A DNA stretch of 63,663 bases, the filler included, from Olpidium bornovanus S191 (Eukaryota > Fungi > Olpidiomycota), in the NCBI GenBank assembly GCA_017911155.1. It is 29 parts of 29 records of this genome, joined end to end, with 100 filler letters (N's around TTAATTAATTAA, not from the genome) between each part and the next. Parts side by side here need not be neighbours in the genome. Positions count along the whole stretch, not along the records: positions 48,652 to 52,191 come from JAEFCI010009962.1; positions 52,292 to 53,989 come from JAEFCI010013430.1; positions 54,090 to 55,756 come from JAEFCI010002902.1; positions 55,857 to 57,411 come from JAEFCI010013393.1; positions 57,512 to 60,482 come from JAEFCI010003052.1; positions 60,583 to 61,848 come from JAEFCI010012613.1; positions 61,949 to 63,663 come from JAEFCI010011343.1; 22 more parts are not named here. One strand, 5' to 3'. Made by a program: the position numbers and the translations under genes. The notes under the pieces were generated by a model, which was given only the letters and a program-made list of their open reading frames with translations, was not told the origin of the DNA and made no database searches. Of the stretch, positions 49,757-62,313 are shown one piece after another. Every line of letters starts with the position of its first letter. Position 1 is the first letter of the stretch.

Positions 49757-50276
49757 AAACAGGAAACGCGGTTGCCGCCGGTGAGCTGCGGCTTCACACT
49801 CTCCTGCCGCGGGGAGACGGGGGCGTACGCGACCGACGCCGTCTTTCTCTTCTGTCGAAGTCACCTCTTCCCCCACCCAAGCTTCCCCGTTCCTCTCGCG
49901 CATTCAACCCCCTCCCTCCTTTCCGCGCACGTCGACCTCCCTCCTGCGCGCGCGCGGGGGAGGAGCGGATGTCCGCCATGCCGGCCGTCTTTTGGCCTTT
50001 TCCCCAACCCTTTGTCTTCCCCTCAACTTGTCACCGCCCCCGCCCGCCGCGCTCCTCCGTCCGGCCCCGTGTCCCCCCCACCTCTCTCGCTCTCTCTCCC
50101 TCTCTCGCCTCCGTGGGGCCGTTTGTTACCTCCTTCTTCATGCACACATCTAAGGCGTCCCTCAGATCGTTGCACGGCCCGCTGAATATTTTCCACCGCA
50201 GCCGGTTGTCCTCGAAGCACCTTTCCATCTTCCGGAAGGTCACCCAGCAGGGGGAGTCCTCGTCCAGCGCCGGCAT
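49328..50276 (-). CDS. Twin CX9C mitochondrial COX-assembly protein (CMC2-like), 2 exons
   Basis: C-WVTFRKMER-C..KIFSGP-C-NDLRDALDV-C-MKKE | YDDAVKANWVKTREQG gives two CX9C motifs with a CMC2-like K(F/I)F.G.CN linker. Stop at 49328-49330. Confidence 0.82.
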
Positions 50277-50448
50277 GGAGGATAGGCTCGGAACTGAAAG
50301 GGAGCGAGGAGAGGGAGGGAGGGAGGGAGGGAGGGTGAGGGGGAAAGAGAGCGAGATTGGGAAAGAGGGAGAGAGAGCAGAGAGAGAGAGAGAGAGAGAG
50401 AGAGGCAAATTTTACGGGGGGGGGGGCGGGGGAGAGGGGGGGGGGGGG

Positions 50449-50488
<40 letters not shown>

Positions 50489-52680
50489 CCGCGCTGTGGC
50501 GGGGCGGAAAGAAAAAAATTAGAAGAGGGCGAAGAGGCAGGAAAATAAAGGAAAAAGAAAAGAAAAAAATTGCGTTTTTGGCACACGAGCCCGAAACGAG
50601 CCGGCGCACGAACTCACACACGCCCGGCAAGTGGACGCGAGCCCGACGGCGGCCATCCCCGCCGGCCCCGTTCGGGAGCGCGCTGGGCGTGCGGCAAGCG
50701 CGCAAACCACCTGGGCCCGGTGGCAGTCCTGACAGCAGGCGGGTAGGGCCCGAGAGCCACAGGGGCCCTGAGGACGCGTTTTTGGACGAAGGACGCGGGA
50801 CACCAGCGAACCCGGCCCAGGGCCCTCGCGGCGGGCGTGAAGGCCGCGTTTGCGGCAGAGGCGGGACGCGTGGTCCGTGAAATTCGGCCGGCCCCTGCCC
50901 GGTAGTCCCTCCGGAAACAGCTGTTGCTGAGGACACGAGGCAGTCCAGCGGACGCCGATGCGGTTCCGGCATTTCGCGAACGGGCCCCACTTTTCCCGCC
51001 GAAGATAAAACCGGGATCGCTAACAACGGGTGATTCGCACCAGGCGAGAGAGGGGGGTTTTTTTTTTCTCGGCGAGGGGGGGGGGGGTTTTCTTTTTTTC
51101 TCTCCTCCAAAAAAGAAAAAAGCGGAGCGTGCCGAACATTTCCATGTGGTGCCTCCTGGGCAACGTTCTCTGTTCCTGCAGAGCGTAACATCCCGACGGG
51201 GCGACTGGAGGAGCAGGAGAAAAACCGCGGCACGCAGCCGGCCCCTTCGTCGGTTTCCAGGCCATTTTCCCGCATCCAATGGTATCACACGCGCATTCGT
51301 CTTTTACGGATTTTTGCCGCGAGGCCGTTGTGAGATTCAAAAAAAAAAAAGAAAGATAAAAAAGAAATAAAAAAAGAGAGAAAGGGAATGGATATTGGCA
51401 ACGTTCCGATGCCGAGAATTGTGTGTTACCTTTATGCCACACGCGTAAACAACCAGCCTGAAAAAAGTGCGCCGCGAATTTCTTCTTTTTTTTTTCCTTT
51501 GTTCGCGGCCCTGCTTCGGGCGGGGGACTTAACCCGGGGACGCTACAAAGCGGTTTCCTGCTACCATTGGCAAAGAGGCAACCCCTCCCGAAGGAGGGCA
51601 CCCTGAATCGACCGCCAGAGCTGATTTCTGCTGGTGCGCCTTCGCCGAAGTCGCGAACGGCGCGCGCACCCGTGCCAGACCCTTTCCTGGCACCGTCTGA
51701 ACCTGCAGGCCGCGTACGCTGCCGACGGGAATGTTCTTGAACAGCTGCGCGCGACTTTTGGCCGGGTTCCGTCGGACTGTCGGGCGAACCCCGACGGAAG
51801 TTGAACCGAAGACGCGCGGAGGGAATGAAGGGGGGGGCGAGTGGGGGGGGGGTTGGGCGGTGAGTTCAGAAACTAAGCAGAGTGTCGGGAAACTCCGGGC
51901 CCACCGCGAAAGCCATGGTCGGTGACTGCGCCTGTTCTGGTGGTGGCGGGGTTCCTTTTTTTTTTTTTTTGGCACCAATTTTTCGGCCGTCTGAATTTCC
52001 TGCTCATGGCCGCCCACAAACAACGCCCTCTGGGACACCCGCGGCAGGATCCGCCGACGTATCGCCGCGTTTCCCTTGAATCAACGAACGCCGGGCGTGT
52101 TCGCATGCCGTCGCGCGCACCCTTGGATCGACGCCAGGTCATCATCATGTTTCATGCGGTCCACCCCCCCCCCCCCCCCCCCCCGCCCGACNNNNNNNNN
52201 NNNNNNNNNNNNNNNNNNNNNNNNNNNNNNNNNNNTTAATTAATTAANNNNNNNNNNNNNNNNNNNNNNNNNNNNNNNNNNNNNNNNNNNNCATGGCAAA
52301 ACAACATTTTGCCGCACAGATATCCTTTTTGGAACTATTGTCATTTGATTCCATCGCACCCTGGCGGGTAGCATTTGATATCGTTTGATGTAACGGCCAC
52401 GCGAGTGGCGCTTGAGACGCATATCTGAGCCCCATCAGACCTTTCCGTGTGTCCGGGCAGTCGTCCATGGATGCTTATGATGCGCGCAAAGGCCACCATC
52501 ATGGATGTGGGGTTGTCTTCTCAGGCTGTAGTGCCTGCGCCCGTCGTCGTTTTGGTTGACGAGATGATGTTGGGATTATGTGCGCAGGACGAACCGTCTT
52601 CAAACAACCGCTTGGTTTTAGTCAGGAGCGGGATCGGCGCGCACACAACCGCGCGCCGGCGTCGTCGGGGAGACGGCAGC

Positions 52681-53989
52681 ATGGCCTCGACCAACCTGTG
52701 GTCGTCCCTGAACTCGTCGGCGAACTCGGTCTACAAGCTGGCCGCGGAGAAGATCAATTCAGGCCAACTGGGCGGCGGCGCCGCGGGGTTTGCGGCCAGG
52801 GTCAAGAAGCCCACCTCTCCCCCTCCGCCCGACGACCCTGCCGGCGCCACCAGGGGAAGTTCCACCCACCGCGCCGGCGACGCGGGGTTCTCCACTGCAA
52901 GCTGGAATTCTGGTTTCGTACGTCAAACGGCCGCGACGACGACGTCCGCTGCGCGCAAACAGGCCTCCACCGTCCAACTGACCGGTCGAGTTTTTCTTTT
53001 TTCCTTGTGTTCAACAGGCCGCGGCGAGCAGGAACGAGCAAGACGAACTCAGCAACCTGCGGGACGCGCTGACGCAAGCAGAGCAACAGGTGAGGCATCT
53101 TGTGCGGGGCGGGCTGCTGCAACCGAACCTGCGGACAATTTGACGCGGCTGCCGCCTTCAGAACTTGATGCTTACGGAAGAATTCCAAAGGATCGTGACA
53201 GAGAAAGACGTGAGTTCCTACCGACTCGCACGTGTTTTCTTTTTTTTTTTCCTGCGCTGGATTACTGACGCACATCTCTGCGGATCCTGCAGCAAGAACT
53301 CGCTAAGGTCCGCGCTGCGAAGGTGCTCCCTGGTCCTGCGATGCCAAGTCCTGCGGAACACTCCCAGGCTGCGATCGGCACGGATTCCGCGTCTGTGGAG
53401 AACCTGCGGCAGCAGAACGCCGAGCTCACCTCAACTCTGAACAAGTTGAAGGTCAAAGCGAAGGCGAAGATTCTGGAGTTGCACGGGAACATCGAGGCTT
53501 TGCAGAGGGACATCGCGGAAAAGCAATGCGTTATCGACGAGCTGAGCGCCGGCCCCGCAGGTGGGACACGCGACGGTGCGGTCCCCTGCGTGGAAGGCCC
53601 TGTCAGTGACTTGGAGAACGAGAAAGAATTTCGTCGGAAAATTGAAGTGAGTAGGCCAAACGATTTGGCGCGTTGCCAGCAACTGGAAGCGGCCGCGTCG
53701 TCCCTCCGCGCAGAGCTTGCAGCAGCCGTCGCCGCAGCGATGGCTGAACGACAACGCAATCAGGAGCTATCATCGAAGTTGTCTACCTTGGAACGAGAAC
53801 ATCAGGATCAGCTTTCTCGCGCAGCCGTGTCCGCGAGGGAGTTGGCAACGCTCCAATCCGAGCTGTCCAAATCAACTGCCGTGAAAGAGGACCTGGAACT
53901 TAAGCTGGCGCGGAACAGATCGGAGCCTGCTGAAGCGAATGGAACCTCGAATGCTGCACCCCACACCGGCAGAAACGTCACGGACATGG
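52681..53989 (+). CDS. Golgin-like coiled-coil protein, N-terminal part; 3' partial
   Basis: Exons MASTNLWSSL.. | DELSNLRDALTQAEQQ | NLMLTEEFQRIVTEKD | QELAKVR..LNKLKVKAKAKILEL.. with long heptad runs. KLKVKAKAKI resembles a segment I recall from large golgins. No GRIP or TM domain is visible. Confidence 0.5.
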
Positions 53990-54089
53990 NNNNNNNNNNN
54001 NNNNNNNNNNNNNNNNNNNNNNNNNNNNNNNNNTTAATTAATTAANNNNNNNNNNNNNNNNNNNNNNNNNNNNNNNNNNNNNNNNNNNN

Positions 54090-55556
<1,467 letters not shown>

Positions 55557-55694
55557 AACGGCGGAACGGCGGAACGGCGGAAGAGGAGGAGGAGGTTCGC
55601 TGGGCGCGGCGCAGTTGACTGGGCCGGAGGAGTCGGGGAACGCGCGCCAAAAGGTGCTGCGCGGAAGCTGCGCTCAGCTTAAATGGGCCGGCGG

Positions 55695-55726
<32 letters not shown>

Positions 55727-55888
55727 GGGGGGGGGGGGGGGGGGGGGGGCGGGGGGNNNNNNNNNNNNNNNNNNNNNNNNNNNNNNNNNNNNNNNNNNNN
55801 TTAATTAATTAANNNNNNNNNNNNNNNNNNNNNNNNNNNNNNNNNNNNNNNNNNNNACCTTTTCCACCCTCCCAACCCGACGCCGCTT

Positions 55889-55894
55889 TATAAA
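55889..55894 (+). promoter_or_regulatory. Candidate TATA box
   Basis: TATAAA lies 55 bp upstream of the ATG at 55944, followed by an A-rich leader (AAAATG context). Confidence 0.4.
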
Positions 55895-55943
55895 CAAATC
55901 GGTCCTGTTTTTCTAAAAAAAAAAAGAAAAGAACTTGACAAAA

Positions 55944-56365
55944 ATGCACGCTCTTTTCATTGCCGTTTTCCTCATGGGCGCGTCGGCGGTCATGGCCGCC
56001 CCCGCCCCCGCCCAGAACGACATGCCGCGGACCATTGGAGACGTCGTTTCCGCCGACGGCTCCTCCTATGCCGTCGCCACCTTAAACGGGTTCCTCGCCG
56101 ACACGGAACACGCGGGGCCCATGGACGGCCGCGTTGCCGACGGCGGGGACGACGAGAACGACCGCGACAACGACCAGGTCGACGGCGTAGACGACGACGG
56201 CAAGTGGGACGACGACGGCAAGCGGGACGACGACGGCAACGAATGGACCGATGAAAGCGACGCGGAGGTCGACGGGTCGGCCGATGACGTGGAAGATGGC
56301 ATGCCTTCCGGCGCGACTTACGAGATGTCGTACGACGCAAATGCCAGCCGCGAAGCAGACCTCTC

Positions 56366-56405
<40 letters not shown>

Positions 56406-56415
56406 TACGGCGACC

Positions 56416-56447
<32 letters not shown>

Positions 56448-57098
56448 TACGGCGACCACGACGACAGCGACGACGGCGACGACGGTGACCACGACGACGG
56501 CGACGACGGCGACCACGACGACGGCGACCACGACGACGTCGACCACGACGACGGCGACGACGTCGACCACGACGACATGCCGGACAACGCGGCGACGGAT
56601 GGTGGGGCTGAGACAATGCCCGCCGATGCGCCGGCCAACACCGCGGCCACTCCGGCCGCTGAGGAGATGAATTGCACCGTATCCGCCGAGGGTTACAGCC
56701 CCAAGGAGTTGACCGTCAAGCCGGGCACGAATATTAAGTTCAGGGTCGCCGGCGAGGGCGAGTACAGCGTCCAGCAGTCCTCCGGTCCGACCTCTTGCGA
56801 GCCGATGGCAGGCGGCTTCTCCTCGAAGTCAATGCTCAATGGAGACGCGGACTGGACCTACACCGTGCCCAAGAACGCCACGGGCAAGATGTACGTGTAC
56901 AGCGGGCCCGCCGACAAGTGCGACACCAAGATGATGGCGACAATCACCGTCGCCGACAACCTGGTCGCCAACACCAAGTCGCCTTCCGCCGCCAACGCGC
57001 GGAACACCCTCGGCTTCTCGTCCGCCGCCGGTTCGATTGCTCCTGCGCTCGGCTCCCTTGCCGCCGTCGCGGTCGTTGCCGCCCGAACCCTGTTCTAA
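55944..57098 (+). CDS. Secreted, probably GPI-anchored protein with an Asp/His-rich repeat and a cupredoxin-like domain; intronless and complete
   Basis: Signal peptide MHALFIAVFLMGASAVMA; acidic region; domain YSPKELTVKPGTNIKF..YSVQQSS..SC.PMAGGFSS..YTVP..YVYSG..KC..KMMATITV; C-terminal small residues plus a hydrophobic tail (SAAGSIAPALGSLAAVAVVAARTLF*). Confidence 0.85.
56367..56576 (+). repeat. Coding GAC-rich tandem repeat encoding (D)DGD/GDH/GDY units
   Basis: GACGACGGC, GACCAC and GACTAC units give DDGDDGDDGDDGDYGDH...VDHDD with seven His. Confidence 0.95.
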
Positions 57099-57644
57099 GA
57101 TAACGAATGAGATCATCACACGTAGGTACCACCGTTAAGGTGTTAATTGCAGGCGGTGACGCTGAACGTCTTTTCTGTTATAATTGCAGGCTGCGGCGCT
57201 GGCCGCCTTTGGCGAGTGAATAATAAAAGTAAAGGAAAAGCGTTGCGCCAGGCCGGGTAGTAAGGCCGGACGCCGCTTATCTTCGCCGGTTTAAGTGCCG
57301 GGAACGCAACCTGCGTGAACTCGCCCTAATAACGCCGCACGGCCATCAAATAAATAAAAGTAATATTATTTCTCCGTATTATAATAAATTTTTGCAAAGT
57401 AAATACTCATGNNNNNNNNNNNNNNNNNNNNNNNNNNNNNNNNNNNNNNNNNNNNTTAATTAATTAANNNNNNNNNNNNNNNNNNNNNNNNNNNNNNNNN
57501 NNNNNNNNNNNAAGTGTTGTTGTTCGTTCGTTCGTTCGATGGTTCGTTCGATGGTTCGTTCCGTTTCGTTTCGTTCCGTTCGTTGTGGGTGCGGGAGGGG
57601 AACGGCGGCGGGCGGCGGCGAGAAAGAGAAAAAAAAAAAAAAAA

Positions 57645-57688
<44 letters not shown>

Positions 57689-57994
57689 AAAGAGAAAAAC
57701 AAAAAGTGAAAGGGCGTTTCCGAGAGGCGAAACCGAACAAGAGGAAGAAGAAACGTTTCGCGAACGGACGGCGGGCGTCGAAAAACGGCGGAAGCGGACG
57801 GACGAAGGAAACCGACGAGCAGCTCTCGCGCTTTCTGCTCCCTCCCCTCCCGCAAAAGCCCGGACGGAGGCCCCGACCGAGCCGCCCGCTCGCGCGGAAA
57901 TAAAAAAAAAAAGGCGAAACCCGCCGACCAACCGACCGCGTCTGCAGGCCGGGGGGGAAGCGCGCGGGAGGGAGGGGGAAGGGCGCTGCCAAAA

Positions 57995-58917
57995 ATGCGC
58001 CTCATAACCCACAACATGCTGGCCTGCCATTCCCGCGGCTGCAGCTCGAACAACTTCCCGCTGAAATTCGAGGAGGCCGAGGTCGAGCGCGTCGAGGCCG
58101 ACCTGAACACCGACTTCCTCGTCAACATGCTGCCCAGGCTGCACTACCCGGCCCTGGTGCAGACCGCCCTGCAGGTAAGAGCGGCCGGGAAAAGTTGGGG
58201 CGCGCGAGGGGAGGGAGGAGGAAAGAGAGGAAAGGGAGGAAGCGGAGGACGAGGAGAGGAAGGGAAGGGACCGCACCAAACCTCCCCCACCTCCCATCCG
58301 CCGCCGCCCTCCCCGGGCCCCGCTGCGTTGCAGGGTGTCCCGTTGCTCTTCTCTCTCTCTCTTTCTCTCGCTGAGACAGGTCCCCCCTTCCCGTGCCGCC
58401 TCGTTTCCCCCCCCCTCCCCGCCCTTCACCGCGTGGAGCAGCTCGGTATCATAGGTCTGCCAGACTCTCTGCCCGATAACGCCACGGAAAACGACGACTT
58501 TCTCAAGATCCTCCACACCGTTCTGCTCGAGGTGGGTCTGGCGTCCGGAGCAACACGCCCGCCCTTTGCACAGTATCCAAACTTTTGTCGTGGCACACTT
58601 CGACCTTCCCCCCCCCACCCCCTTTTTGCGTTCGCGACCCCCCCCCCGCCGCCGCCGCTTTGCCGCCTTTGACAAAAGAAATGCGCGTTTTTTCCCCTCG
58701 CGCTCGCGCGGGGCCGGTATCAATTAATTTTTGTTTACCGTTTTCTTTTCGTTTTTTCCGTTTTTTCCGTTTCTTTTTCCTTTTTTTTCCTTTTTTTTTC
58801 CGTTCCCCGCAGACGCGTGTCCAGGCCGGGAAGATGATCTGCCCGGGCTGTGCGCACGTGTACCCGATCCGGGACGGAATTCCAAACATGCTGCTGGCGG
58901 AGCACGAGCTGCCATAG
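57995..58917 (+). CDS. TRM112: Trm112 methyltransferase activator, 3 exons, complete
   Basis: MRLITHNMLACHSRGC..FPLKF..FLVNMLPRLHYPALVQTALQ | LGIIGLP..FLKILHTVLLE | GKMICPGCAHVYPIRDGIPNMLL*. Confidence 0.97.
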
Positions 58918-59232
58918 AGGGCGACCGACCCTTCCCCATTTCTTGCCAGGAGTTTTCGTCGCTCACGTGTGACCATCGGGCCCACCCCCGTTGCTGACGC
59001 GGGTCCTCCGGTAAACTCTGCGAACCGCTCGACCGCTGTGACCATGCGAGACACGCCCGCGACAGCACGATCGCACCGCCGACCGCGACCGCCCGCGGCT
59101 CCGCGAGCCGCGCAAATGCAGAGGCAGCCCTATGATACTTTTTTATCTTGCGCGGTCTGCCCGACGGTATTTTTATATTCTGCGCAGTCTTCAAGGCTGG
59201 GCCCCCAGGAGATTGTCATTCCGACCCGTGTC

Positions 59233-60048
59233 CGCGCGCGCAACCCGCCCGCCGCTCCTCCGAACTTCAAAGAACTCGGCGATATTTCGCATCCGTCGCC
59301 CAATTCCCCTCGTCTGACAGCGTGTGCTTTCGGAGGCATTACGATGATTTTAAGTGGTGGGAGTGGGGGGTGGAAAGGCCATTCATTACGTCAGCGCACG
59401 TGAGAAAAAAAAGTGGGGCCAAAACGGCAAAAGCCGCAAGTTTTGCAAACGTTTGAAAAAAAAAAAAAAAAAAAAAAAAAAAGAAAAAAAAGAAACACGT
59501 CGATGGAAGATGTTCTGAGAGATGCGGCACCGGGGGTGGTTTTTCCAGGTTTTGTGGAAGTTTTTTGTTCTGGGAAGGAAGTTGCTGGGGGGGAGAGGAG
59601 CTGCTGTAGTCTGGTTTTTTTTTGATTTTAAATAAATTGATTATTCGGCCCTATAATTCACTACTTAATAACCTCTGATACCTTGTACATTTCACCAGGA
59701 ACCGGGACTATAAAGTATGAGAGAGACGACTGTACACAAAAAAAAGGATTCAGCTCAATTTAATTGCACCTTAATTTATGCGTTCGACTACTATTTGATA
59801 CTCCATTAATGATACCTTGTACATTTCACCAGGAACCGGGACTATAAAGTATGAGAGGGACGACTGTACACAAAAAAAAGGATTCAGCTCAATTTAATTG
59901 CACCTTAATTTATGCGTTCGACTACTGTTTGATACTCCATTAAATTAAGTGGTAAAGAAGAAAAAAAAAACCGAGAGTCACAGGGGGGCCCGCGTTTTGA
60001 TCGGAACTCTGGAGGATTCTAACTAAATTGTCTGGCCGGACCAGAAAA

Positions 60049-60085
<37 letters not shown>

Positions 60086-60482
60086 AAAAAAGGGGGGTTT
60101 TTTCGCCAGGGCCCAAAAAAAAAAAAAGGGGAATGGGGACCCCCCCAAAAAAAAAAAAAAAAAAAAAAAAAAAACGGATTCTGGAATTTGCCGCGCGCGC
60201 AAACCCCGCCGCCCGCCCGCCCCTCCGACTTCAAAGAACTCGGCGATATTTCGCATCCAGTCGCCCAATTCCCCTCTCGTCTGACAGCTTGCGCCAATTC
60301 GGAGGCATTACGATGATTTTAGGTTGGGGGGGGGGGGGGGGGGGGGGGGTGGGGGGAGAGGGGAGGGGGGGTGGAAAGGCCATTACGCCAGCGCACGTGA
60401 GAAAAAAAAAAGTGGGGGCAAAACGGCAAAAGCCGCAAGTTTTGCAAACTTTTGAAAAAAAAAAAAAAAAAAAAAAGAAACA
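59233..60482 (+). repeat. Diverged direct repeat of about 260-290 bp (copy 1 at about 59233-59497, copy 2 at about 60192-60482)
   Basis: Shared blocks CTTCAAAGAACTCGGCGATATTTCGCATCC, CGGAGGCATTACGATGATTTTA and AAAACGGCAAAAGCCGCAAGTTTTGCAAAC; both copies end in an A-tract plus GAAACA. Confidence 0.93.
59677..59943 (+). repeat. 134-bp AT-rich tandem duplication (two copies)
   Basis: GATACCTTGTACATTTCACCAGGAACCGGGAC...GATACTCCATTAA starts at 59677 and again at 59811; two internal substitutions are visible. Confidence 0.95.
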
Positions 60483-60582
60483 NNNNNNNNNNNNNNNNNN
60501 NNNNNNNNNNNNNNNNNNNNNNNNNNTTAATTAATTAANNNNNNNNNNNNNNNNNNNNNNNNNNNNNNNNNNNNNNNNNNNN

Positions 60583-61605
60583 AGAAGAAGAAGGAGACGG
60601 ATGACGGAGCGGGGAAGGCGAACATTGTGCGCGCAGGGGACGAGATCGAGGACAGAGTCGCGATCCTCGCGGCGACGACCTCCTCCGCCGCGCCGACAGC
60701 ATGGCTTCTGGACAGTTGCGCGAGTATCACATTGCGATGAGTCCCAACAGCCTTTCGCGTCAGCAACGACACAGTTCTGCACATGATGCATAAGGCGACA
60801 GCGAAGATCTTCTTCTCGACGGGTAAACATGCGATCGTGGACGAGGTCCACATGGTTCCTGGGATTACGGCAAACTTCCTCTCCGTAGGATGCCTGACGG
60901 CCAAGGGCGCCACAGTCACTTTCGGGAAGAGAAGTGCTTCCTGGAATTGCGGGGAAATCAGTTTGCCACGGGTATTCGCCGCCAGAACAACCTGTCGCTA
61001 ACTGCTGCGGACGGGGCCTCAGGGGCCGCGAAGCGGGAACGGGAGACCGAGACGAGCGCTTGTTGCAGCGGACAGTCACATCTGGCATGCGTGCCTCGGC
61101 CATGTGGGCCAGGCTGCCGTGCGGAAACTCAGTGAGACCGGGCAGATCTCAGTGGCAGGCCACATGCGCCCCAACTGCAAGACTTGCCCGCGGGCCAAGC
61201 TCGGCCGGACACCGGTGCCCCGCGCCTGTGCAGGCACAGCCACCAAGGTACCTTTGGAGAAGGTGCATTCCAATCTGCTGACACTGTCAACGCCCTCCCT
61301 GGGGGGAGCGCGTTATGCCGTTACGTTTCTCGACGAAGCCACGCGGTTTGCATAACATGCTTCCACAAAAGTCCGATGCTTTTGGAAAGTTTCTCGAAAC
61401 TCTCGAGCGCGCACAGTGCGACGGAAAACTGCTCCGGATCTTACAAACAGACGGAGGGGGTGAGTATCTAACCGCAGAAGGGTGCGAGTACCTTGCCAGG
61501 CACGGCATATGTCATTCGATCACCGTTCGAGACTCCCCCCATCAGAACGGGATGGCCAAGTGCTTCAACCGCTGTGGGCAAGAACAGCTCAGTTCGGCCC
61601 GATAG
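60583..61605 (+). mobile_element. Degenerate Ty1/copia LTR retrotransposon pol fragment (protease, GAG-pre-integrase, integrase core)
   Basis: AWLLDSCAS (protease WxLDSGAS), VHMVPGITANFLSVGCL, IWHACLGH..CKTC, LEKVHSNL..SLGGARYAVTFLDEATRF and KSDAF..ILQTDGGGEY..SPHQNGMAK occur in copia order across frameshifts and stops. Confidence 0.92.
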
Positions 61606-61948
61606 CAGTCTCTTCCGGCGACCGCTGGGGTGGTGAGGTCGGCTGCCTTTTCGTCTCTTTTCCTCTCTCTCTCTTTCTCTCTCTCTCTCATCTCTTTCTC
61701 TCTATGCCTCAGCGGCGGTTCTAGACGGAGTTCCGAACGTGTGCATTCTTCTAAAAGGACTCGTCTCGGCGGCGGGTGCCTTTTTTTGCGGGGACTTTGC
61801 GGTTTTTGGGTAGCGTCTAGGACGGCGGGAGTTTGTGTGCGGGCGGGGNNNNNNNNNNNNNNNNNNNNNNNNNNNNNNNNNNNNNNNNNNNNTTAATTAA
61901 TTAANNNNNNNNNNNNNNNNNNNNNNNNNNNNNNNNNNNNNNNNNNNN

Positions 61949-61984
<36 letters not shown>

Positions 61985-62313
61985 CAGGGCAGTGAGCGAT
62001 GTTGAGGAGCCGGGAAGCGGGGCAGCAGGCGCGCGCCGGCACGCGCTGGTCGTAAAGGCCCGTTGATGATGTTCGTTATGCCGGAGGTGTGTCGTTCGTC
62101 TGGGGGGAAGTGGGAGAAGGCTTTCCCCCCCACTCCCCCGCCCGCGCCTCGCCGCACACGACACCCGCAAACGGAACGCACACAAACACGCAACGCACAC
62201 GCACACGCACACACACGTACACGACACGCACTCCCTCCCGTGTCCCGACACGCACACCGCCCCCCCAGCCAAGCCACGCACATATCAGGCGCGGGCACCC
62301 GCTTACCCGCGAA

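Noticed and set aside
50600-52191. Possible minus-strand gene (ALFVGGHEQEIQTAEKL; LFKNIPVGSVRGLQ)
   Set aside because: The fragments are short and unrecognised, and the splice structure is unresolved.
59233-59497. Repeat unit as a C/D snoRNA or tRNA-derived SINE
   Set aside because: Only a weak box C-like ACGATGAT is present, with no convincing downstream box D pairing, terminal stem or Pol III A/B boxes. Kept only as an unexplained repeat.
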